The notes under the pieces: generated by a model | What the model was told of the DNA's origin: nothing | Database searches by the model: none | The model's input: only the letters and a program-made list of their open reading frames with translations | Source: Eledone cirrhosa | Taxonomy: Eukaryota | Direction of reading: 5' to 3' | DNA length: 64,000 nucleotides | NCBI GenBank assembly: GCA_964016885.1 | Contig: OZ024753.1 | Coordinates: forward strand, 25,234,001-25,298,000 | Made by a program: the position numbers and the translations under genes | Shown: one piece after another, positions 1 to 14,899 of the stretch | Position numbering within the stretch: the first letter of the stretch is position 1 | How the letters are laid out: every line of letters begins with the position of its first letter

Positions 1-140
1 ACATGATAGTAATAACTCCAACCAAGACATAGAAACAGGATAGTAATAACTCCAACCAAGACATAGAAACAGGATAGTAATAACTGCAGACAAGACATAG
101 AAACAGGATAGTAATAACTCCAGACAAGACATAGAAACAT

Positions 141-3100
141 GATAGTAATAACTCCAACCAAGATATAGAAACATGATAGTAATAACTCCAACCAAGACAT
201 AGAAACAGGATAGTAATAACTCCAACCAAGACATAGAAACAGGATAGTAATAACTCCAGACAAGACATAGAAACAGGATAGTAATAACTCCAGACAAGAC
301 ATAGAAACAGGATAGTAATAACTCCAGACAAGACATAGAAACATGATAGTAATAACTCCAACCAAGACATAGAAACAGGATAGTAATAACTCCAGACAAG
401 ACATAGAAACATGATAGTAATAACTCCAACCAAGACATAGAAACATGATAGTAATAATCCCGACAAGATATAGAAACATGATAGTAATAACTCCAGTCAA
501 GAGATAGAAACATGATAGTAATAACTCCAGTCGAGACATAGAAACATGATAGTAATAACTCCAGTCAAGATATAGAAACATGATAGTAATAACTCCAGTC
601 AAGATATAGAAACATGATAGTAATAACTCCAATCAAGACATAGAAACATGATAGTAATAACTCCAGTCTAGATATAGAAACATGATAGTAATAACTCCAG
701 TCAAGATATAGAAACATGTTAGTAATAACTCCAACCAAGACATAGAAACATGATAGTAATAACTCCAGTCAAGATATAGAAACATAATAGTAATAACTCC
801 AATCAAGGTATAGAAACATGATAGTAATAACTCCAGTCAAGATATAGAAACATGATAGTAATATCTCCAGCCAAGATATAGAAACATGATAGTAATAACT
901 CCAACCAAGACATAGAAACATGATAGTAATAACTCCAACCGAGACATAGAAACAGGATAGTAATAACTCAAACCAAGATATAGAAACAGAATAGTAATAA
1001 CTCCAACCAAAATATAGAAACATGATAGTAATAACTCCAAGCAAGATATAGAAACAGGATAGTAATAACTCCAACCAAGACATAGAAACAGGATCGTAAT
1101 AACTCCAACCAAAATATGGAAACATGATAGTAATAACTGCAATCAAGACATAGAAACAGGATAGTAATAACTCCAACCAAGACATAGAAACAGGATAGTA
1201 ATAACTCCAACCAAGACATAGAAACAGGATAGTAATAACTCCAACCAAGACATAGAAACAGGATAGTAATAACTCCAGCCAAGATATAGAAACAGGATAG
1301 TAATAACTCCAACCAAGATATAGAAACAGGATAGTAATAACTCCAGCCAAGATATAGAAACAGTATAGTAATAACTCCAACCAAGACATAGAAACAGGAT
1401 AGTAATAACTCCAACCAAGATATAGAAACATGATAGTAATAACTCCAGCCAAGATATAGAAACAGGATAGTAATAACTCCAACCAAGACATAGAAACAGG
1501 ATAGTAATAACTCCAACCAAGATATAGAAACATGATAGTAAGAACTCCAACCAAGACATAGAAACAGGATAGTAATAACTCCAACCAAGATATAGAAACA
1601 TGATAATAATAACTCCAACCAAAATATAGAAACATGATAGTAATAACTCCAAACAAGATATAGAAACATGACAGTAATAACTCCAACCAAGACATAGAAA
1701 CATGATAGTAATAACTCCAGTCAAGATATAGAAACATGATAGTAATAACCGCAATCAAGTTATAGAAACATGATAGTAATAACTCCAACCAAGACATAGA
1801 AACATGATAGTAATAACTCCCGCCAAGATATAGAAACATGATAGTAATAACTCCAACCAAGACATAGAAACAGGATAGTAATAACTCCAACCAAGACATA
1901 GAAACAGGATAGTAATAACTCCAGACAAGACATAGAAACAGGATAGTAATAACTCCAGACAAGACATAGAAACATGATAGTTATAACTCCAACCAAGACA
2001 TAGAAACATGATAATAATAACTCCAACCAAAATATAGAAACATGATAGTAATAACTCCAAACAAGATATAGAAACATGACAGTAATAACTCCAACCAAGA
2101 CATAGAAACATGATAGTAATAACTCCAGTCAAGATATCGAAACATGATAGTAATAACTCCAGTCAAGATATAGAAACATGATAGTAATAACTCCAGCCAA
2201 GACATAGAAACATGATAGTAATAACTCCAGTCAAGACATAGAAACATGATAGTAATAACTCCAGACAAGACATAGAAACATGATAGTAATAACTCCAGAC
2301 AAGACATAGAAACATGATAGTAATAACTCCAACCAAGATATAGAAACATGATAGTAATAACTCCAGTCAAGATATAAAAACATGATAGTAATAACTCCAA
2401 ACAAGACATAGAAACATGATAGTAATAACTCCAACCAAGACATAGAAACATGATAGTAATAACTCCAGTCAAGATATAGAAACATGATAGTAATAACTCC
2501 AGTCAAGATATAAAAACATGATAGTAATAACTCCAAACAAGACATAGAAACATGATAGTAATAAATCCAACCAAAATATGGAAACATGATAGTAATAACT
2601 GCAATCAAGACATAGAAACAGGATAGTAATAACTCCAACCAAGACATAGAAACAGGATAGTAATAACTCCAACCAAGACATAGAAACAGGATAGTAATAA
2701 CTCCAACCAAGACATAGAAACAGGATAGTAATAACTCCAGCCAAGATATAGAAACAGGATAGTAATAACTCCAACCAAGATATAGAAACAGGATAGTAAT
2801 AACTCCAGCCAAGATATAGAAACAGGATAGTAATAAGTCCAACCAAGACATAGAAACAGGATAGTAATAACTCCAGTCAAGATATTGAAACAGGATAGTA
2901 ATAACTCCAACCAAGACATAGAAACAGGATAGTAATAACTCCAGCCAAGATATAGAAACAGGATAGTAATAACTCCAACCAAGACATAGAAACAGGATAG
3001 TAATAACTCCAACCAAGATATAGAAACATGATAGTAATAACTCCAACCAAGACATAGAAACAGGATAGTAATAACTCCAACCAAGACATAGAAACAGGAT

Positions 3101-5900
3101 AGTAATAACTCCAGACAAGACATAGAAACAGGATAGTAATAACTCCAGACAAGACATAGAAACAGGATAGTAATAACTCCAGACAAGACATAGAAACATG
3201 ATAGTAATAACTCCAACCAAGACATAGAAACAGGATAGTAATAACTCCAGACAAGACATAGAAACATGATAGTAATAACTCCAACCAAGACATAGAAACA
3301 TGATAGTAATAATCCCGACAAGATATAGAAACATGATAGTAATAACTCCAGTCAAGAGATAGAAACATGATAGTAATAACTCCAGTCGAGACATAGAAAC
3401 ATGATAGTAATAACTCCAGTCAAGATATAGAAACATGATAGTAATAACTCCAGTCAAGATATAGAAACATGATAGTAATAACTCCAATCAAGACATAGAA
3501 ACATGATAGTAATAACTCCAGTCTAGATATAGAAACATGATAGTAATAACTCCAGTCAAGATATAGAAACATGTTAGTAATAACTCCAACCAAGACATAG
3601 AAACATGATAGTAATAACTCCAGTCAAGATATAGAAACATAATAGTAATAACTCCAATCAAGGTATAGAAACATGATAGTAATAACTCCAGTCAAGATAT
3701 AGAAACATGATAATAATATCTCCAGCCAAGATATAGAAACATGATAGTAATAACTCCAACCAAGACATAGAAACATGATAGTAATAACTCCAACCGAGAC
3801 ATAGAAACAGGATAGTAATAACTCCAACCAAGATATAGAAACAGAATAGTAATAACTCCAACCAAAATATAGAAACATGATAGTAATAACTCCAAGCAAG
3901 ATATAGAAACAGGATAGTAATAACTCCAACCAAGACATAGAAACAGGATCGTAATAACTCCAACCAAAATATGGAAACATGATAGTAATAACTGCAATCA
4001 AGACATAGAAACAGGATAGTAATAACTCCAACCAAGACATAGAAACAGGATAGTAATAACTCCAACCAAGACATAGAAACAGGATAGTAATAACTCCAAC
4101 CAAGACATAGAAACAGGATAGTAATAACTCCAGCCAAGATATAGAAACAGGATAGTAATAACTCCAACCAAGATATAGAAACAGGATAGTAATAACTCCA
4201 GCCAAGATATAGAAACAGTATAGTAATAACTCCAACCAAGACATAGAAACAGGATAGTAATAACTCCAACCAAGATATAGAAACATGATAGTAATAACTC
4301 CAGCCAAGATATAGAAACAGGATAGTAATAACTCCAACCAAGACATAGAAACAGGATAGTAATAACTCCAACCAAGATATAGAAACATGATAGTAAGAAC
4401 TCCAACCAAGACATAGAAACAGGATAGTAATAACTCCAACCAAGATATAGAAACATGATAATAATAACTCCAACCAAAATATAGAAACATGATAGTAATA
4501 ACTCCAAACAAGATATAGAAACATGACAGTAATAACTCCAACCAAGACATAGAAACATGATAGTAATAACTCCAGTCAAGATATAGAAACATGATAGTAA
4601 TAACCGCAATCAAGTTATAGAAACATGATAGTAATAACTCCAACCAAGACATAGAAACATGATAGTAATAACTCCCGCCAAGATATAGAAACATGATAGT
4701 AATAACTCCAACCAAGACATAGAAACAGGATAGTAATAACTCCAACCAAGACATAGAAACAGGATAGTAATAACTCCAGACAAGACATAGAAACAGGATA
4801 GTAATAACTCCAGACAAGACATAGAAACATGATAGTTATAACTCCAACCAAGACATAGAAACATGATAATAATAACTCCAACCAAAATATAGAAACATGA
4901 TAGTAATAACTCCAAACAAGATATAGAAACATGACAGTAATAACTCCAACCAAGACATAGAAACATGATAGTAATAACTCCAGTCAAGATATCGAAACAT
5001 GATAGTAATAACTCCAGTCAAGATATAGAAACATGATAGTAATAACTCCAGCCAAGACATAGAAACATGATAGTAATAACTCCAGTCAAGACATAGAAAC
5101 ATGATAGTAATAACTCCAGACAAGACATAGAAACATGATAGTAATAACTCCAGACAAGACATAGAAACATGATAGTAATAACTCCAACCAAGATATAGAA
5201 ACATGATAGTAATAACTCCAGTCAAGATATAAAAACATGATAGTAATAACTCCAAACAAGACATAGAAACATGATAGTAATAACTCCAACCAAGACATAG
5301 AAACATGATAGTAATAACTCCAGTCAAGATATAGAAACATGATAGTAATAACTCCAGTCAAGATATAAAAACATGATAGTAATAACTCCAAACAAGACAT
5401 AGAAACATGATAGTAATAAATCCAACCAAAATATGGAAACATGATAGTAATAACTGCAATCAAGACATAGAAACAGGATAGTAATAACTCCAACCAAGAC
5501 ATAGAAACAGGATAGTAATAACTCCAACCAAGACATAGAAACAGGATAGTAATAACTCCAACCAAGACATAGAAACAGGATAGTAATAACTCCAGCCAAG
5601 ATATAGAAACAGGATAGTAATAACTCCAACCAAGATATAGAAACAGGATAGTAATAACTCCAGCCAAGATATAGAAACAGGATAGTAATAAGTCCAACCA
5701 AGACATAGAAACAGGATAGTAATAACTCCAGTCAAGATATTGAAACAGGATAGTAATAACTCCAACCAAGACATAGAAACAGGATAGTAATAACTCCAGC
5801 CAAGATATAGAAACAGGATAGTAATAACTCCAACCAAGACATAGAAACAGGATAGTAATAACTCCAACCAAGATATAGAAACATGATAGTAATAACTCCA
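141..5900. repeat. Recent tandem duplication of an 84-monomer block (2,855 bp offset)
   Basis: The same 33-bp deletion monomer occurs at 443 and 3298. Private variants (gtctagat, catgtt, ccgag, aagaact, accgcaatc, aaatcc) recur at +2855. ORF pairs 769/3624 and 1981/4836 share the offset. Only a couple of differences were seen (970; 3713). Boundaries are approximate. Confidence 0.92.
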
Positions 5901-8900
5901 GCCAAGATATAGAAACAGGTTAGTAATAACTCCAACCAAGACATAGAAACAGGATAGTAATAACTCCAACCAAGATATAGAAACATGATAGTAATAACTG
6001 CAGTCAAGATATAGAAACATGATAGTAATAACTCCAGTCAAGATATAGAAACATGATAGTAATAACTCCAACCAAGACATAGAAACAGGATAGTATTAAC
6101 TCCAGACAAGACATAGAAACAGGATAGTAATAACTCCAGACAAGACAGAGAAACATGATAGTAATAACTCCAAACAAGACATAGAAATAGGATAGTAATA
6201 ACTCCAGGCAAGACATAGAAATAGTATAGTAATAACTCCAGACAAGACAGAGAAACATGTTAGTAATAACTGCAGACAAGATATAGAAACATGATAGTAA
6301 TAACTCCAACCAAGATATAGAAACATGATAGTAATAACTCCAACCAAGACATAGAAACAGGATAGTAATAAGTCCAGACAAGATATAGAAACATGATAGT
6401 AATAACTGCAACCAAGATATAGAAACATGATAGTAATAACTCCAACCAAGACATAGAAACATGATAGTAATAACTCCAACCAAGACATAGAAACAGGATA
6501 GTAATAACTCCAACCAAGACATAGAAACAGGATAGTAATAACTCCAGACAAGACATAGAAACAGGATAGTAATAACTCCAGACAAGACATAGAAACATGA
6601 TAGTAATAACTCCAACCAAGATATAGAAACATGATAGTAATAACTCCAACCAAGACATAGAAACAGGATAGTAATAACTCCAACCAACACATAGAAACAG
6701 GATAGTAATAACTCCAGACAAGACATAGAAACAGGATAGTAATAACTCCAGACAAGACATAGAAACATGATAGTAATAACTCCAACCAAAATATAGAAAC
6801 ATGATAGTAATAACTCCAACCAAGATATAGAAACATGACACTAATAACTCCAACCAAGACATAGAAACATGATAGTAATAACTCCAGTCAAGATATAGAA
6901 ACATGATAGTAATAACTCCAGTCAAGATATAGAAACATGATAGTAATAACTCCAACCAAGATATAGAAACATGATAGTAATAACTCCAGTCAAGATATAA
7001 AAACATGATAGTAATAACTCCAACCAAGATGTAGAAACATGACAGTAATAACTCCAACCAAGACATAGAAACATGATAGTAATAACTCCAGTCAAGATAT
7101 AGAAACATGATAGTAATAACTCCAGTCAAGATATAGAAACATGATAGTAATAACTCCAGTCAAGATATAGAAACATGATAGTAATAACTCCAGTCAAGAT
7201 ATAGAAACATGATAGTAATAACTCCAGTCAAGATATAGAAACATGATAGTAATAACTCCAATCAAGACATAGAAACATGATAGTAATAACTCCAGTCAAG
7301 ATATAGAAACATGATAGTAATAACTCCAGTCAAGACATAGAAACATGATAGTAATAACTCCAGTCAAGACATAGAAACATAATAGTAATAACTCCAGTCA
7401 AGATATAGAAACGTAATAGTAATAACTCCAATCAAGGTATAGAAACATGATAGTAATAACTCCAGTCAAGATATAGAAACATGATAGTAATAACTCCAGC
7501 CAAGATATAGAAACATGATAGTAATAACTCCAACCAAGACATAGAAACATGATAGTAAGAACTCCAACCAAGACATAGAAACATGATAGTAATAACTCCA
7601 ACCAAGACATAGAAACAGGATAGTAATAACTCCAACCAAGATATAGAAACAGAATAGTAATAACTCCAACCAAAATATAGAAACATGATAGTAATAACTC
7701 CAACCAAGATATAGAAACAGGATAGTAATAACTCCAACCAAGACATAGAAACAGGATCGTAATAACTCCAACCAAAATATGGAAACATGATAGTAATAAC
7801 TCCAATCAAGACATAGAAACAGGATAGTAATAACTCCAACCAAGACATAGAAACAGGATAGTAATAACTCCAACCAAGACATAGAAACAGGATAGTAATA
7901 AGTCCAACCAAGACATAGAAACAGGATAGTAATAACTCCAGTCAAGATATTGAAACAGGATAGTAATAACTCCAACCAAGACATAGAAACAGGATAGTAA
8001 TAACTCCAGCCAAGATATAGAAACAGGATAGTAATAACTCCAACCAAGACATAGAAACAGGATAGTAATAACTCCAACCAAGATATAGAAACATGATAGT
8101 AATAACTCCAGCCAAGATATAGAAACAGGTTAGTAATAACTCCAACCAAGACATAGAAACAGGATAGTAATAACTCCAACCAAGATATAGAAACATGATA
8201 GTAATAACTGCAGTCAAGATATAGAAACATGATAGTAATAACTCCAGTCAAGATATAGAAACATGATAGTAATAACTCCAACCAAGACATAGAAACAGGA
8301 TAGTATTAACTCCAGACAAGACATAGAAACAGGATAGTAATAACTCCAGACAAGACAGAGAAACATGATAGTAATAACTCCAAACAAGACATAGAAATAG
8401 GATAGTAATAACTCCAGGCAAGACATAGAAATAGTATAGTAATAACTCCAGACAAGACAGAGAAACATGATAGTAATAACTGCAGACAAGATATAGAAAC
8501 ATGATAGTAATAACTCCAACCAAGATATAGAAACATGATAGTAATATCTCCAACCAAGACATAGAAACAGGATAGTAATAAGTCCAGACAAGATATAGAA
8601 ACATGATAGTAATAACTCCAACCAAGATATAGAAACATGATAGTAATAACTCCAACCAAGATATAGAAACATGATAGTAATAACTCCAACCAAGACATAG
8701 AAACAGGATAGTAATAACTCCAACCAACACATAGAAACAGGATAGTAATAACTCCAGACAAGACATAGAAACAGGATAGTAATAACTCCAGACAAGACAT
8801 AGAAACATGATAGTAATAACTCCAACCAAAATATAGAAACATGATAGTAATAACTCCAACCAAGATATAGAAACATGACACTAATAACTCCAACCAAGAC

Positions 8901-11800
8901 ATAGAAACATGATAGTAATAACTCCAGTCAAGATATAGAAACATGATAGTAATAACTCCAGTCAAGATATAGAAACATGATAGTAATAACTCCAACCAAG
9001 ATATAGAAACATGATAGTAATAACTCCAGTCAAGATATAAAAACATGATAGTAATAACTCCAGTCAAGATATAAAAACATGATAGTAATAACTCCAACCA
9101 ACATGTAGAAACATGACAGTAATAACTCCAACCAAGACATAGAAACATGATAGTAATAACTCCAACCAAGATATAGAAACATGAGAGTAATAACTCCAAC
9201 CAAGACATAGAAACATGATAGTAATAACTCCAGTCAAGATATAGAAACATGATAGTAATAACTCCAGTCAAGATATAGAAACATGATAGTAATAACTCCA
9301 ACCAAGATATAAAAACATGATAGTAATAACTCCAACCAAGATGTAGAAACATGACAGTAATAACTCCAACCAAGACATAGAAACATGATAGTAATAACTC
9401 CAGTCAAGATATAGAAACATGATAGTAATAACTCCAGTCAAGATATAGAAACATGATAGTAATAACTCCAGTCAAGATATAGAAACATGATAGTAATAAC
9501 TCCAGTCAAGATATAGAAACATGATAGTAATAACTCCAGTCAAGATATAGAAACATGATAGTAATAACTCCAATCAAGACATAGAAACATGATAGTAATA
9601 ACTCCAGTCAAGATATAGAAACAGGATAGTAATAACTCCAACCAAGATATAGAAACAGAATAGTAATAACTCCAACCAAAATATAGAAACATGATAGTAA
9701 TAACTCCAACCAAGATATAGAAACAGGATAGTAATAACTCCAACCAAGACATAGAAACAGGATCGTAATAACTCCAACCAAAATATGGAAACATGATAGT
9801 AATAACTCCAATCAAGACATAGAAACAGGATAGTAATAACTCCAACCAAGACATAGAAACAGGATAGTAATAACTCCAACCAAGACATAGAAACAGGATA
9901 GTAATAAGTCCAACCAAGACATAGAAACAGGATAGTAATAACTCCAGTCAAGATATTGAAACAGGATAGTAATAACTCCAACCAAGACATAGAAACAGGA
10001 TAGTAATAACTCCAGCCAAGATATAGAAACAGGATAGTAATAACTCCAACCAAGACATAGAAACAGGATAGTAATAACTCCAACCAAGATATAGAAACAT
10101 GATAGTAATAACTCCAGCCAAGATATAGAAACAGGTTAGTAATAACTCCAACCAAGACATAGAAACAGGATAGTAATAACTCCAACCAAGATATAGAAAC
10201 ATGATAGTAATAACTGCAGTCAAGATATAGAAACATGATAGTAATAACTCCAGTCAAGATATAGAAACATGATAGTAATAACTCCAACCAAGACATAGAA
10301 ACAGGATAGTATTAACTCCAGACAAGACATAGAAACAGGATAGTAATAACTCCAGACAAGACAGAGAAACATGATAGTAATAACTCCAAACAAGACATAG
10401 AAATAGGATAGTAATAACTCCAGGCAAGACATAGAAATAGTATAGTAATAACTCCAGACAAGACAGAGAAACATGATAGTAATAACTGCAGACAAGATAT
10501 AGAAACATGATAGTAATAACTCCAACCAAGATATATAAACATGATAGTAATAACTCCAACCAAGACATAGAAACAGGATAGTAATAAGTCCAGACAAGAT
10601 ATAGAAACATGATAGTAATAACTCCAACCAAGATATAGAAACATGATAGTAATAACTCCAACCAAGACATAGAAACATGATAGTAATAACTCCAACCAAG
10701 ACATAGAAACAGGATAGTAATAACTCCAACCAAGACATAGAAACAGGATAGTAATAACTCCAGACAAGACATAGAAACAGGATAGTAATAACTCCAGACA
10801 AGACATAGAAACATGATAGTAATAACTCCAACCAAGACATAGAAACAGGATAGTAATAACTCCAACCAACACATAGAAACAGGATAGTAATAACTCCAGA
10901 CAAGACATAGAAACAGGATAGTAATAACTCCAGACAAGACATAGAAACATGATAGTAATAACTCCAACCAAAATATAGAAACATGATAGTAATAACTCCA
11001 ACCAAGATATAGAAACATGACAGTAATAACTCCAACCAAGACATAGAAACATGATAGTAATAACTCCAGTCAAGATATAGAAACATGATAGTAATAACTC
11101 CAGTCAAGATATAGAAACATGATAGTAATAACTCCAACCAAGATATAGAAACATGATAGTAATAACTCCAGTCAAGATATAAAAACATGATAGTAATAAC
11201 TCCAACCAAGATATAGAAACATGACAGTAATAACTCCAACCAAGACATAGAAACATGATAGTAATAACTCCAGTCAAGATATAGAAACATGATAGTAATA
11301 ATTCCAGTCAAGATATAGAAACATGATAGTAATAACTCCAGTCAAGATATACAAACATGATAGTAATAACTCCAGTCAAGATATAGAAACATGATAGTAA
11401 TAACTCCAATCAAGACATAGAAACATGATAGTAATAACTCCAGTCAAGATATAGAAACATGATAGTAATAACTCCAGTCAAGACATAGAAACATGATAGT
11501 AATAACTCCAGTCAAGACATAGAAACATAATAGTAATAACTCCAGTCAAGATATAGAAACATAATAGTAATAACTCCAATCAAGGTATAGAAACATGATA
11601 GTAATAACTCCAGTCAAGATATAGAAACATGATAGTAATAACTCCAGCCAAGATATAGAAACATGATAGTAATAACTCCAACCAAGACATAGAAACATGA
11701 TAGTAATAACTCCAACCAAGACATAGAAACATGATAGTAATAACTCCAACCAAGACATAGAAACAGGATAGTAATAACTCCAACCAAGATATAGAAACAT
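5650..11800. repeat. Three related HOR copies of about 2.0-2.2 kb (59-65 monomers)
   Basis: The marker series (aagtcc, attgaaac, ggtt, ctgcagt, gtatta, gacagag, caggcaag, caacacat) repeats at +2210 and then +2006. Matching ORFs lie at 5732, 7942 and 9948. Confidence 0.8.
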
Positions 11801-11824
11801 GATAGTAATAACTGCAGTCAAGAT

Positions 11825-14510
11825 ATAGAAACATGATAGTAATAACTCCAGTCAAGATATAGAAACATGATAGTAATAACTCCAACCAAGACATAGAAAC
11901 AGGATAGTATTAACTCCAGACAAGACATAGAAACAGGATAGTAATAACTCCAGACAAGACAGAGAAACAGGATAGTAATAACTCCAACCAAGATATAGAA
12001 ACAGAATAGTAATAACTCCAACCAAAATATAGAAACATGATAGTAATAACTCCAACCAAGATATAGAAACAGGATAGTAATAACTCCAACCAAGACATAG
12101 AAACAGGATCGTAATAACTCCAACCAAAATATGGAAACATGATAGTAATAACTCCAATCAAGACATCGAAACAGGATAGTAATAACTCCAACCAAGACAT
12201 AGAAACAGGATAGTAATAACTCCAACCAAGACATAGAAACAGGATAGTAATAAGTCCAACCAAGACATAGAAACAGGATAGTAATAACTCCAGCCAAGAT
12301 ATTGAAACAGGATAGTAATAACTCCAACCAAGACATAGAAACAGGATAGTAATAACTCCAGCCATGATATAGAAACAGGATAGTAATAACTCCAACCAAG
12401 ACATAGAAACAGGATAGTAATAACTCCAACCAAGATATAGAAACATGATAGTAATAACTCCAGCCAAGATATAGAAACAGGTTAGTAATAACTCCAACCA
12501 AGACATAGAAACAGGATAGAAATAACTCCAACCAAGATATAGAAACATGATAGTAATAACTGCAGTCAAGATATAGAAACATGATAGTAATAACTCCAGT
12601 CAAGATATAGAAACATGATAGTAATAACTCCAACCAAGACATAGAAACATGATAGTAATAACTCCAACCAAGACATAGAAACAGGATAGTAATAACTCCA
12701 ACCAAGACATAGAAACAGGATAGTAATAACTCCAGACAAGACATAGAAACAGGATAGTAATAACTCCAGACAAGACATAGAAACATGATAGTAATAACTC
12801 CAACCAAGATATAGAAACATGATAGTAATAACTCCAACCAAGACATAGAAACAGGATAGTAATAACTCCAACCAACACATAGAAACAGGATAGTAATAAC
12901 TCCAGACAAGACATAGAAACAGGATAGTAATAACTCCAGACAAGACATAGAAACATGATAGTAATAACTCCAACCAAAATATAGAAACATGATAGTAATA
13001 ACTCCAACCAAGATATAGAAACATGACAGTAATAACTCCAACCAAGACATAGAAACATGATAGTAATAACTCCAGTCAAGATATAGAAACATGATAGTAA
13101 TAACTCCAGTCAAGATATAGAAACATGATAGTAATAACTCCAACCAAGATATAGAAACATGATAGTAATAACTCCAGTCAAGATATAGAAACATGATAGT
13201 AATAACTCCAACCAAGACATAGAAACAGGATAGTATTAACTCCAGACAAGACATAGAAACAGGATAGTAATAACTCCAGACAAGACAGAGAAACAGGATA
13301 GTAATAACTCCAACCAAGATATAGAAACAGAATAGTAATAACTCCAACCAAAATATAGAAACATGATAGTAATAACTCCAACCAAGATATAGAAACAGGA
13401 TAGTAGTAACTCCAACCAAGACATAGAAACAGGATCGTAATAACTCCAACCAAAATATGGAAACATGATAGTAATAACTCCAATCAAGACATCGAAACAG
13501 GATAGTAATAACTCCAACCAAGACATAGAAACAGGATAGTAATAACTCCAACCAAGACATAGAAACAGGATAGTAATAAGTCCAACCAAGACATAGAAAC
13601 AGGATAGTAATAACTCCAGCCAAGATATTGAAACAGGATAGTAATAACTCCAACCAAGACATAGAAACAGGATAGTAATAACTCCAGCCATGATATGGAA
13701 ACAGGATAGTAATAACTCCAACCAAGACATAGAAACAGGATAGTAATAACTCCAACCAAGATATAGAAACATGATAGTAATAACTCCAGCCAAGATATAG
13801 AAACAGGTTAGTAATAACTCCAACCAAGACATAGAAACAGGATAGAAATAACTCCAACCAAGATATAGAAACATGATAGTAATAACTGCAGTCAAGATAT
13901 AGAAACATGATAGTAATAACTCCAGTCAAGATATAGAAACATGATAGTAATAACTCCAACCAAGACATAGAAACATGATAGTAATAACTCCAACCAAGAC
14001 ATAGAAACAGGATAGTAATAACTCCAACCAAGACATAGAAATAGGATAGTAATAACTCCAGACAAGACATAGAAACAGGATAGTAATAACTCCAGACAAG
14101 ACATAGAAACATGATAGTAATAACTCCAACCAAGATATAGAAACATGATAGTAATAACTCCAACCAAGACATAGAAACAGGATAGTAATAACTCCAACCA
14201 ACACATAGAAACAGGATAGTAATAACTCCAGACAAAACATATAAACAGGATAGTAATAACTCCAGACAAGACATAGAAACATGATAGTAATAACTCCAAC
14301 CAAAATATAGAAACATGATAGTAATAACTCCAACCAAGATATAGAAACATGACAGTAATAACTCCAACCAAGACATAGAAACATGATAGTAATAACTCCA
14401 GTCAAGATATAGAAACATGATAGTAATAACTCCAGTCAAGATATAGAAACATGATAGTAATAACTCCAACCAAGATATAGAAACATGATAGTAATAACTC
14501 CAGTCAAGAT
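11825..14510. repeat. Tandem duplication of a 39-monomer block (1,326 bp offset)
   Basis: The private variant ggatagaaat occurs at about 12513 and 13839. ORF pairs 11852/13178, 12158/13484 and 12600/13926 share the offset. The second copy has a few private substitutions. Confidence 0.9.
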
Positions 14511-14899
14511 ATAAAAACATGATAGTAATAACTCCAACCAAGATATAGAAACATGACAGTAATAACTCCAACCAAGACATAGAAACATGATAGTAATAAC
14601 TCCAGTCAAGATATAGAAACATGATAGTAATAATTCCAGTCAAGATATAGAAACATGATAGTAATAACTCCAGTCAAGATATAGAAACATGATAGTAATA
14701 ACTCCAGTCAAGATATAGAAACATGATAGTAATAACTCCAGTCAAGATATAGAAACATGATAGTAATAACTCCAATCAAGACATAGAAACATGATAGTAA
14801 TAACTCCAGTCAAGATATAGAAACATGATAGTAATAACTCCAGTCAAGACATAGAAACATGATAGTAATAACTCCAGTCAAGACATAGAAACATAATAG

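Noticed and set aside
1-34. Minus-strand GGAG located 11 nt upstream of ATG in each T4 monomer, resembling a Shine-Dalgarno signal
   Set aside because: It is a 4-nt match at marginal spacing, the ATG comes from the CATG palindrome, and there is no evidence of a prokaryotic context.
1-34. Monomer as a 2 x 17 bp dimer or a telomere-type repeat
   Set aside because: The halves do not align. Only short internal echoes exist (ACATAGAA/ACATGATA, TAG TAA TAA, CCAA CCAA), and there is no canonical G-rich telomeric motif.
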